Origin: an uncultured Gammaproteobacteria bacterium
Lineage (GTDB): Bacteria > Patescibacteriota > Microgenomatia > 2-02-FULL-39-11
Length of the DNA: 64,000 bases
Direction: 5' to 3'
Assembly: GCA_964354025.1 (NCBI GenBank)
Contig: CAYGXQ010000005.1
Location: forward strand, 3,366-67,365
Numbering within the stretch: position 1 is the stretch's first letter; every line of letters begins with the position of its first letter. Positions 37,851 through 45,521 of this stretch are shown here, one piece after another. Both the position numbers and the translations under genes were made by a program. The notes beneath the pieces are model-generated. The model was given only the letters and a program-made list of their open reading frames with translations, was not told where the DNA came from and did no database searches.

Positions 37851-37944
37851 GTCATTGCGATCCCGAGTCCGCCAGCTGGCGGATCGAGGGAGAAGCAATC
37901 CCGTCCGAGATTGCCACGGCCAGTCAGACTGGCCTCGCAATGAC
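37851..37944. mobile_element. MITE-like element with 10 bp terminal inverted repeats GTCATTGCGA / TCGCAATGAC, carrying the 16 bp palindrome TCCGCCAGCTGGCGGA
   Basis: TIRs at 37851-37860 and 37935-37944; palindrome at 37868-37883; internal gaagcaatc / gattgcc inverted repeat. Homologous copy at 55998-56078. Confidence 0.6.
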
Positions 37945-37958
37945 ATAGAATAGCATGA

Positions 37959-37990
37959 CTAGACGCTAGCTTCTAGACGCTAGACGCTAA
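37959..37990. repeat. Composite heptamer repeat, second half (CTAGACG)n, separated from the first half by the MITE-like insertion
   Basis: ctagacgctagcttctagacgctagacgctaa. Confidence 0.65.
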
Positions 37991-37993
37991 TTT

Positions 37994-39202
37994 ATGACTT
38001 ACTTTATCTTCATCTTCAAATCCGCTCTTGAGGATTTCAGAAGGAACAAAATCAGGACTTTTCTGACTTCTCTCGGCATCCTCATCGGAGTTTCTTCCGT
38101 CGTCCTTCTCATCTCTTTTGGCTTAGGGCTAAAACAATATATCAAAAACCAGTTTGAATCCTTAGGCACCAACCTTATCATCATCATGCCGGGGAAAATA
38201 CTGGAAGGCGGCAGTTTCAGCTCAGGGGGCGGCGGCATCGGTGGCATCCGCTTTGACGAAAAAGATATTTTGGCTATCAGGAAAGTGAAAAATACCGCTT
38301 ATGTCGTCCCTGTTTACACCAAATCGGTAACCGTTTCAGGCGAAGGAAAGTCGGAAACCGGTACTCTTTACGCCACCACCGCAGACATCTTCCCTATCCG
38401 CAATCTTGAAGTCGAATACGGAAGCTTTTTTGATAAAAACGATGTCGAGAAAAGGAGCAAAAAACTGGTCATCGGGCCGAAACTGGCGGAAAAAGTTTTT
38501 GGCAGTAGCGATGATGCCCTCGGCAAAATCGTCAAGATCGAAAAACAGGCTTTCACTGTTGGCGGCATCTTAAAAAGTAAAGGCGGCGGCGGCTTCGGCG
38601 GGCCCGACTTTGACACTTTCGTCTATATGCCTTATAAATCTGCCCTGGCTTTTAATCCGGAAAAGCAATTCTATACCATCCTCATCAAAGCAAACAACGA
38701 AGAAGCCATCCCGCAGGTAAAAGACGACCTGAAAACCGCTCTTTTGAAAACCTACAAAGAAGACGACTTTTCCGTTGTCGAACAGACGGAGATCTTAAAC
38801 GCCGTCGCCTCAATCTTTGCCATCCTAAATACAGTTTTGATAGCTATCGCCGCAATCTCCCTGGTGGTGGGAGGTATCGGCATCATGAATATCATGTATG
38901 TCTCAGTCATTGAAAGAACCAGGGAAATCGGTATCCGACGGGCTATGGGAGCAACCGGCCGGGATGTGCTAATGCAATTTATTTTGGAAGCGGTCATCCT
39001 CTCTCTCATCGGCGGGCTGATGGGACTGGGATTATCTTTTCTGGTTGTCCTTCTCATCCAACCGTTTTTCCCGGCTTATGTGGACACCACCGCCGTCGCC
39101 ATCGCCATCGGCGTCTCTTCGGGGATCGGCATCATCTTCGGCGTGTTTCCGGCAAAAAGAGCGTCTGATCTGTCTCCGATTGAGGCGATAAGATATGAAT
39201 AA
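37994..39202 (+). CDS. ABC transporter permease, FtsX/MacB family
   Basis: N-terminal TM, large periplasmic domain and three C-terminal TMs; conserved GIMNIMYVSV.ERTREIG.RRA.GA segment. Confidence 0.85.
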   Translation: MTYFIFIFKSALEDFRRNKIRTFLTSLGILIGVSSVVLLISFGLGLKQYIKNQFESLGTNLIIIMPGKILEGGSFSSGGGGIGGIRFDEKDILAIRKVKNTAYVVPVYTKSVTVSGEGKSETGTLYATTADIFPIRNLEVEYGSFFDKNDVEKRSKKLVIGPKLAEKVFGSSDDALGKIVKIEKQAFTVGGILKSKGGGGFGGPDFDTFVYMPYKSALAFNPEKQFYTILIKANNEEAIPQVKDDLKTALLKTYKEDDFSVVEQTEILNAVASIFAILNTVLIAIAAISLVVGGIGIMNIMYVSVIERTREIGIRRAMGATGRDVLMQFILEAVILSLIGGLMGLGLSFLVVLLIQPFFPAYVDTTAVAIAIGVSSGIGIIFGVFPAKRASDLSPIEAIRYE

Positions 39203-39253
39203 GCAACCACTTCATTTCCGGAAGGTGATGACAATCTCTCGAAGGACCGTCCC

Positions 39254-40633
39254 CTATAGGTTCATAGAAAATAAAAATAGCTCAACGGGTATTAAACAAA
39301 GGTTTTTCCTCTGCAGATAATCATTTTTCGTAACAACAGTAAGCTTTTCTTTAGGAAATTTATCCATAAACCAGGAAAACTCGGCAGGATTAACGCGGTT
39401 TTGGAATTTTACCTCAAAATAAGACAGTTTCTGTTTATCCCTACCGATAAAATCAATCTCTCTGTCTTTTAACCGGCCGTAATAAAGATTTGGGAAGATA
39501 CGCCATAAATGCATCGCTGTCAGATTTTCAACTAAATGTGAAAGAAAAACCGGTTCAGTCAGTTTTTTCCTGGTAAACGAATACTGTTCATCGCGCATGT
39601 TTTCAATCTTCGCTAAAAAGCTCATGAGGATAAACGTGTCATTAAAATAAAACTTGTGGTTTTTCTTATAATCAGCCTTCCTTTGCGCCAGTTCAAAATA
39701 ATCCAGGTTGAAAACGGAAAACATTTGAGTCAGAAGATCAACATATTCAACCGCGCTCACATAAGAGGACAGACCGGCATTTTTGGCTAATTCGTAATAT
39801 GAAACCGGTGTCGTCAGCGAGCTGATCATTTTGGCAAAAATCAAATCGGCGGTTTTTTCCTGTTTGCCGAACTTATGCAAGTCGCCTATCACCCAGGAAG
39901 TGTAAATATCGGCAATCTCCGAGCTGATAAATCCTTTCTCGTAAAATTCGTTGATGACTGCCGGGAAGCCGCCGGTAAGAAGATAATCTTTAAAAAGGGC
40001 TTTTAATTTCGGCAGATGCAGCTTTTCCCGGCCCTTTTGCCAATCCCTGCTTTCAGGATAAACCATCTTCGCGAAATCCTTAAACAATAAAGGCAGAAAA
40101 ACAATGTCTTTTTCTTTGATATTGCCCCGCCTGCCGGGAAGCCTTTCTGAGGAAAACTTCAAATCAACGGTTGATGAGCCGGTCAGGAAGAAAAGCGTTT
40201 TTTTGCCCCACTGGCTTTCCGCGAAATCCTTGATTGTTCTTTGCCATTCTTTTACAAACGAGATTTCATCCAGAAAAACATAGTGAAAATCAGCCGTTTC
40301 TCCAAATTCCTGAAAATACGCATTGATGATATCAGAAAGCTCAAGAAAGGAAGAAACCGTGTTCAGGGAATAATAAAAAATGCCTTTGGGATTGACTTTA
40401 TCCTCCAGAAGAAGTTTTTTTATTATCTGCTTTGAGAGAGTGGTTTTACCTATTTGTCTAGGTCCGCGCAAAGTCATGACACCCGGCTCGTTTTCCGGAA
40501 AAGCGGAAAGAAGAGGGTGGATGAACTGAAATTTGCGGCCGGCGACTTCTTTAAGCTTATCGTCAGCCAAAATCAGCTCTTTCTCTCCCCACCAGGGATT
40601 TTTCTGGTATAAGGATAAAATATCAGGCGACAT
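39254..40633 (-). CDS. AAA+ ATPase with a DUF4143-like C-terminal region (second paralog)
   Basis: Walker A LRGPRQIGKTTL; Walker B VFLDEISF. Confidence 0.75.
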   Translation of the reverse strand: MSPDILSLYQKNPWWGEKELILADDKLKEVAGRKFQFIHPLLSAFPENEPGVMTLRGPRQIGKTTLSKQIIKKLLLEDKVNPKGIFYYSLNTVSSFLELSDIINAYFQEFGETADFHYVFLDEISFVKEWQRTIKDFAESQWGKKTLFFLTGSSTVDLKFSSERLPGRRGNIKEKDIVFLPLLFKDFAKMVYPESRDWQKGREKLHLPKLKALFKDYLLTGGFPAVINEFYEKGFISSEIADIYTSWVIGDLHKFGKQEKTADLIFAKMISSLTTPVSYYELAKNAGLSSYVSAVEYVDLLTQMFSVFNLDYFELAQRKADYKKNHKFYFNDTFILMSFLAKIENMRDEQYSFTRKKLTEPVFLSHLVENLTAMHLWRIFPNLYYGRLKDREIDFIGRDKQKLSYFEVKFQNRVNPAEFSWFMDKFPKEKLTVVTKNDYLQRKNLCLIPVELFLFSMNL

Positions 40634-40774
40634 ATATAACTATCACTTATGCTTTTATCACAAAAAAGCATAATTGTCAAATAGGTAATATTGAGGAGGT
40701 TATATCAACATCTCAAAGGACTGTCCCCTATTTGTACTATGTCCCCTATTTGTACTATTTGTTTATTATTCTCC

Positions 40775-41257
40775 TTAATCATTTAACCATGTACAATTTG
40801 GTGAGGTAGCACCGTACTTTTTTCCACATTCATTTCTAAAAAATTGATAAATTCCATCTTTTTCTTCCCGCTTAAGGGGCTTTCCCTCTATGCCTTCCAC
40901 CTTAGATATAACTGATTTACAATTTGCAACTGTATTATTCCCATTCAAGCAATTTATTCCTGCCTCTTTGAAGTTCTTTATTATCTCTGCTGTTTGTCCA
41001 AGCTGATTACCTGCGTCTTGTATTGCACCACCCGCTGTTTGACCTGCCTGTACGATTTGTTGTCCTGCTTGTTGTACCGGAGTGCTCGGAGAAGAAGTAG
41101 AAGATCCTCCCCCACAGGCTATAAGCCCACTATCGGTTTTCCCGCTTCTCACTGGATGATCACCAACATCACATGATTTTGCAAAATATTTTATTGGTTC
41201 TTCTGCTGGTGGTGCTGGAGCACAACTGCTTAGTATACTTGCTGCCAATCCGGCCAC
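40775..41257 (-). CDS. Putative secreted protein or lipoprotein (GTG start) overlapping the 3' end of toxin gene 1; candidate immunity protein, or the result of a frameshift
   Basis: ..AASILSSC lipobox-like sequence followed by a Cys-containing Gly/Gln-rich region; 89 nt out-of-frame overlap with 41169-41900. Confidence 0.4.
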   Translation of the reverse strand: MAGLAASILSSCAPAPPAEEPIKYFAKSCDVGDHPVRSGKTDSGLIACGGGSSTSSPSTPVQQAGQQIVQAGQTAGGAIQDAGNQLGQTAEIIKNFKEAGINCLNGNNTVANCKSVISKVEGIEGKPLKREEKDGIYQFFRNECGKKYGATSPNCTWLND

Positions 41258-41900
41258 TACTAATGTTGTACCAAAATTTAAAACTGCTTAATGTTGCACT
41301 GCCTAGGATCACCGCGGCGCTCACCAAGGCATCCTTTCCAGTAATTGCTGCTCCTTTGCTTCCTGTTCTCTCAAAAAATTTAGGATAAGATTCCTGCGCT
41401 TCTTTACCTACCCATATACCCTGTCCGGTATTATTTCTTTTTCTGCAGTTTTCCTCTTCTCCATAAGCACATTCCCAATTTCCTGAAGGATCATTTCTTA
41501 TAATGGGATTTCCTTCGACGTAGGCAAACCGGTTTGGCGAGTCCGCCAGCTGGCGGACGGAGTCCGCGGAAACGAAACGGGAAAGAACAGGATCGTAGTA
41601 GCGGGCGTTATAGTAAGAAAGAGTTGTTTTATCATCTTTAATTTGACCAGTGTAGGCACGTTCAGTGGCGGGATTTGAGGAATTTGGGGAACCGTAGGGA
41701 GAATATTTGGATTGGGAGATATTGTTTCCTTTATCATCCGAGACAGCAATCACTGATCCCAGATTGTCGGTATGAATATAGTAAGTAGATTCGGTGTAGG
41801 AAGCGTGAACAGGATGAGCAATGATAAATGATAAATTATAAATTACAAATGAAATTACAAATGACAGAATGCAAAATTTAGAATTTAGTAATTTAAACAT
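41169..41900 (-). CDS. Sec-signal + RHS-core + short variable tip protein (polymorphic toxin cassette 1)
   Basis: N-terminal hydrophobic signal ending AHPVHA/SY; RHS core motifs YYIHTDNLGSVIAVSDDKGNN...YNARYYDPVLSRFVSADSV...NPIIRNDPSGN. The last ~30 codons look like read-through in a wrong frame. Confidence 0.7.
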   Translation of the reverse strand: MFKLLNSKFCILSFVISFVIYNLSFIIAHPVHASYTESTYYIHTDNLGSVIAVSDDKGNNISQSKYSPYGSPNSSNPATERAYTGQIKDDKTTLSYYNARYYDPVLSRFVSADSVRQLADSPNRFAYVEGNPIIRNDPSGNWECAYGEEENCRKRNNTGQGIWVGKEAQESYPKFFERTGSKGAAITGKDALVSAAVILGSATLSSFKFWYNISSGRIGSKYTKQLCSSTTSRRTNKIFCKIM

Positions 41901-41938
41901 TTAATTTAGCATTTATAATTTATAATTTGTAATTTATT
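41822..41938. repeat. A/T-rich heptanucleotide-periodic tract spanning the start codon and signal peptide of toxin gene 1
   Basis: gataaat gataaat tataaat tacaaat ... tataatt tataatt tgtaatt; 7 nt periodicity over about 115 nt. Confidence 0.7.
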
Positions 41939-41947
41939 AACAGTATG

Positions 41948-42397
41948 TCACGAAGACAGAAGGGGTGTCAATTTTTCGATCAATTCCTTCGGGGAAACGA
42001 TGTGGAAATCCCTGATCTTTTTCCGCAGGATCAATAAATGTTTTTTATCCAAAGTCACCAAATAATCTGCTTCATTTTCACTGCAGGAAGCCAAAACATG
42101 GGAATCTCCCCTGTCGATAACTATTTTGTCGAATAAGGAAATAATTGATTGCTCGGGCGCTTCGGCTATTTTGGAAAATATCTTCGTGACTTCTGTTTTT
42201 GCCTTTTGGGGTGTCTGTTTTATCTTCGGCGCCCGGCGGCATACTTCATCAAGAATAATCTCGCTGATCAAACCGCTGATCTTCCCCTTCTTCACCCACG
42301 ACAGCAGTTTTCCCGACCCGCCTGAAGGAGAATGAAGTCCCGCCAGAATCACCGAAGCATTGAAAAAAACTACCGGAGCATGACTGTGTCGTCTCAT
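41948..42397 (-). CDS. PIN-domain toxin (VapC-like)
   Basis: N-terminal VVFFNASVILAGL; C-terminal DSHVLASCSENEADYLVTLDKKHL pattern; start abuts the stop of the AbrB-type gene. Confidence 0.65.
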   Translation of the reverse strand: MRRHSHAPVVFFNASVILAGLHSPSGGSGKLLSWVKKGKISGLISEIILDEVCRRAPKIKQTPQKAKTEVTKIFSKIAEAPEQSIISLFDKIVIDRGDSHVLASCSENEADYLVTLDKKHLLILRKKIRDFHIVSPKELIEKLTPLLSS

Positions 42398-42666
42398 TAT
42401 AATAAATGTTTTTTCTTTAAGATTTTCGAGTCTTCCCGGTCAAGCGCCAGAAACCCGTTTATTTCTTTACCGGAATAACTTCTTACCGGATAAGAAAGAG
42501 TCCTGACCGGCTCCAATATCAGTCTTCCCCGGTCTTTCCTCACCCTCACCAATCCTCTTTCCTCCAAACCAATCTCATCCCGCAGTTTTTTAGGGATGGT
42601 CAGAAGTCCCTTAGGCTGGACTTTGATGATTTCTTCAAAAGGAATAGTCTGCATAATTTTCTGCAA
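42397..42666 (-). CDS. AbrB/SpoVT/MazE-type antitoxin
   Basis: QPKGLLTIPKKLRDEIGL swapped-hairpin motif. Confidence 0.65.
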   Translation of the reverse strand: MQKIMQTIPFEEIIKVQPKGLLTIPKKLRDEIGLEERGLVRVRKDRGRLILEPVRTLSYPVRSYSGKEINGFLALDREDSKILKKKHLL

Positions 42667-42802
42667 TTCTAACTTTCTATATTATAGAATATTTGGATAA
42701 ATGTCAACTTCTATAAGCGAACGCAGACTAAAGTCTGCTCTTCCAAATAAAATCGCGTTTGAAGCCATCCGGCAGCCGACGAAGAAAAGGCAACGAAGAA
42801 GT

Positions 42803-43090
42803 TCATACTCCTGCCAGTTGAGGATGTTTATCGCCAATTTTCTCCATAACCCACATCCGGATAAGTTGTGTCGGGCCTAAACCTTTCTTTTTTGCCTGAT
42901 TTCTGACGTCATTCAGAGTATCAGCGTCCAGACGGATGTTGAGTGTTTCTGACAGGTTTCTCGCAAACTTAACTTTTGCGGATTTACCATTATCCCACGC
43001 TTTATCAAAGTGTTTTTCCCAATAATCAGCTTCTTTTGTGCGGTTCTTAAATACCGATATATCAGGCATAGATGGTTTGACTTTATTCAT
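42803..43090 (-). CDS. brnA: BrnA-like antitoxin
   Basis: C-terminal NIRLDADTLNDVRNQAKKKGLGPTQLIRMWVMEKI RHH-like tail; 4 nt overlap with the upstream BrnT. Confidence 0.65.
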   Translation of the reverse strand: MNKVKPSMPDISVFKNRTKEADYWEKHFDKAWDNGKSAKVKFARNLSETLNIRLDADTLNDVRNQAKKKGLGPTQLIRMWVMEKIGDKHPQLAGV

Positions 43091-43353
43091 GATTTAACCT
43101 CCTTTATAAATGCTGTAATAACATAATATGTTCCGTTACTGTAAGGTCGCAGATTCCGATCTTCAGGTGATAATACAATAGCGAGTTGCTTACCTCTCTT
43201 TGTCTTACCGGTGATAAGAATCCTTTTCCGGTAACTTTCCCTGACTTTATGTTTTCCGTGACAAACTTCTTCAATATCTTCCTGTGTAATTCCATGATGA
43301 TTCATGTGCTTTCTATTCCAATCATCCCAAATCAGTCTCTTTACCACGATCAT
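43087..43353 (-). CDS. brnT: BrnT-like (DUF497) ribonuclease toxin
   Basis: IWDDWNRKHMNHHGITQEDIEEV...YYVITAF pattern. Confidence 0.65.
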   Translation of the reverse strand: MIVVKRLIWDDWNRKHMNHHGITQEDIEEVCHGKHKVRESYRKRILITGKTKRGKQLAIVLSPEDRNLRPYSNGTYYVITAFIKEVKS

Positions 43354-43538
43354 AAGTTATCAACATTGTAACACATTGTGCTACAAAGTCAATCCCGGGA
43401 TAGCAGATAAAAAAAGTGAAGCAGGCCGAACTGATTGAGGAAAAAGTGACGAAATAACTTCATTTCCGGAAGGTGGTGGCAATCTCTCAAAGGACCCCTA
43501 TTTCTTTTTCTATTTTTTCCAATATTGTCATGTTTATG

Positions 43539-44789
43539 TTATGGAGTCACCAATGTATTTATCCATAACTTGGTTAAATTGGGATAATGAAGATTATATT
43601 TTTCTGCTGTACCAATATTCGCGACCCATTTACGCCAAACATCATTTCTCCCACTATAACTAAAAATCCATGATTGTCCTTGATGTATCTCTGGCATAAA
43701 CCAACCTGTAAGTTGGCAGGCCGCACTTTCCTTTATGTCTTGTTGGTAATCAGAAATGGAATTATCAATATAATAAGAACCATAATCTTCTTGCGGTCCA
43801 CTCTTTTGTTTATTCGATTTGGGAGGAATCGCCAACTTACCATAAATATTTTCCCAATATACAGAATCTTTTGTTGCTGCTTCTTGGTAGCTTTCTTCAT
43901 TAAAATTCTTCAACATAAGATAATGCGTTGCTTCATGAACAAACTCGTGTTCCTGCTGCCATTGAGGTAGTGTAAATGTTCGTGGATCCAAAAAAACTGA
44001 TGAAGGGAAATATTCACCTTCTCTTTCGAAACTATTATTTAAATAATTTTCGCCTATATCTGTTCGATTAATATACAATCCCTTCAGGATATTTGGATTA
44101 TGGGTTATATATATTATTCTTTCGATGCTTTTTTCAATCGATTTAATTTCATTTGTACGCCATGCCCACATACTTCGATAGTATGGATTATTTTTATAAC
44201 CTGGCCATCTATCCGGATTATTTATATCTTCTTCTTTTATTTCCTGGTCTACATTATAAGCAAAGGAAACACCATATTTTTTAGAAATTTTTTGTGCTAA
44301 TTGGAATGATTCATTTGTATCCTTTACATAAGATTCAAATTGTAAATCTATACCTTCATCTGCCCTTTGTCCTCCCGGATCATTCATCATGATCGGATTA
44401 CCACCCACATAGGAGTATCTGTTCAGCTGGTCCGCCAGCTGGCGGACGCTATCAGCCGAAATAAATCTGGATAAAACTGGGTCATAGTACCTCGCGTTAT
44501 AATATGCCAGTTGGGTGTTCTTATCCGCAATTTGACCTGTATATTCTCTTTCAGTTGTAGGTTGTAAGTTGTAGGTTGTAAGTTCATTTCCATATGGAGA
44601 ATACTTGGTTTGTGAGACATTGTTTCCTTTATCATCTGAGACAGCTATCACTGACCCCAGATGATCCTGATGGATATAGTAGGTGGTTTCGGTGTAAGCG
44701 GCGTAGACCGGAGAAATGAATAATCCAATAAACAAATAACCCAATAATCCAATGAATATAACAATGAAACAATGTAGCAATTTATCCAT
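43539..44789 (-). CDS. Sec-signal + RHS-core + HExxH metallopeptidase-like tip (polymorphic toxin cassette 2)
   Basis: Signal peptide; core YYIHQDHLGSVIAVSDDKGNN..YNARYYDPVLSRFISADSVRQLAD..NPIMMNDPGGQ; tip contains HEFVHEATH. Confidence 0.75.
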   Translation of the reverse strand: MDKLLHCFIVIFIGLLGYLFIGLFISPVYAAYTETTYYIHQDHLGSVIAVSDDKGNNVSQTKYSPYGNELTTYNLQPTTEREYTGQIADKNTQLAYYNARYYDPVLSRFISADSVRQLADQLNRYSYVGGNPIMMNDPGGQRADEGIDLQFESYVKDTNESFQLAQKISKKYGVSFAYNVDQEIKEEDINNPDRWPGYKNNPYYRSMWAWRTNEIKSIEKSIERIIYITHNPNILKGLYINRTDIGENYLNNSFEREGEYFPSSVFLDPRTFTLPQWQQEHEFVHEATHYLMLKNFNEESYQEAATKDSVYWENIYGKLAIPPKSNKQKSGPQEDYGSYYIDNSISDYQQDIKESAACQLTGWFMPEIHQGQSWIFSYSGRNDVWRKWVANIGTAEKYNLHYPNLTKLWINTLVTP

Positions 44790-44790
44790 A
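44712..44790. repeat. Heptamer-periodic tract spanning the start and signal peptide of toxin gene 2
   Basis: aataatc caataaa caaataa cccaata atccaat gaatata acaatga aacaatg tagcaat. Confidence 0.6.
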
Positions 44791-44791
44791 T

Positions 44792-44846
44792 GGATTAGCG
44801 GATTTTAATCCGCGCAAATTAACGCGCAATAAATTGCGCTATTCCA
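44792..44846. promoter_or_regulatory. Two-palindrome operator-like module upstream of toxin gene 2
   Basis: GCGGATTTTAATCCGC (44798-44813) and GCGCAATAAATTGCGC (44824-44839). The same module recurs at 46782-46869 and, reordered, at 48160-48248. Confidence 0.5.
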
Positions 44847-44858
44847 ATTTGTAATCTA

Positions 44859-45170
44859 ATGCCATTGTGGCATGAAAACGGAAGAACTGTCAAACCGGGT
44901 TTGTCTATACTTCCCTTCTCTGCTACAATAATAATCACTATGGCTCATATCTGGGACTACGATATCAACGAACTTAAAAAGACAGAGCAAGGCAGGCTCC
45001 TTATCCTTGAACGGATGATCAATTTCGGTCCCGACAAGAGAGAAAAGATCAGTCTTTCACAAGTTAAAAAAAATTGGGATAAATTGCATCTGTTCCCGAG
45101 TGCCAAAAAGCTTCTGGAACTTCTGATATGGGGAAAATATCTGTCCTCACCGGAAAACAAAAGATCGTAA
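44859..45170 (+). CDS. Small 'WDYD' protein (probable true start at MAHIWDYD), partner of the decayed NTase gene
   Basis: Homologous to 32911-33159. Confidence 0.4.
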   Translation: MPLWHENGRTVKPGLSILPFSATIIITMAHIWDYDINELKKTEQGRLLILERMINFGPDKREKISLSQVKKNWDKLHLFPSAKKLLELLIWGKYLSSPENKRS

Positions 45171-45478
45171 TAGATGAGATAAAGAAGGAAAAAAACCTGG
45201 CTTCCCGATTCTATCTCACGGGCGGGACCGCTCTTTCGGCATTTCATCTTCAGCACCGCTATTCTGATGATCTGGATCTTTTCAGTGATGATGCCTTTGA
45301 TAAGGAAAAAATCGTTAATTTCATCAAGAGACTGGCCACTCAAAGATTTTTTCCGGAAGCAGGCGGAACTGATAGGGAAAAAGGTGACAAGATAAACTTC
45401 ATAAGGTGTCAAGCCGGTACACCTGGAAGGTGTACGAGTGGACATCCGGCAGGCCGCAAAGAATCTAGAGGAAAATAA
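45128..45478 (+). pseudogene. Truncated or frameshifted GGTAL nucleotidyltransferase (AbiEii-like) gene
   Basis: N-terminal FYLTGGTALSAFHLQHRYSDDLDLFSDD matches 32241-32918; after about 80 aa the sequence diverges into low-complexity residues and stops early. Confidence 0.5.
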
Positions 45479-45521
45479 GATCGTATATAATAAGGGAAAT
45501 AAACTACTTCATTTGGAAATT

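Noticed and set aside
44957-45445. 162 aa minus-strand ORF
   Set aside because: Antisense to the WDYD / NTase-fragment genes; low-complexity translation; spurious.
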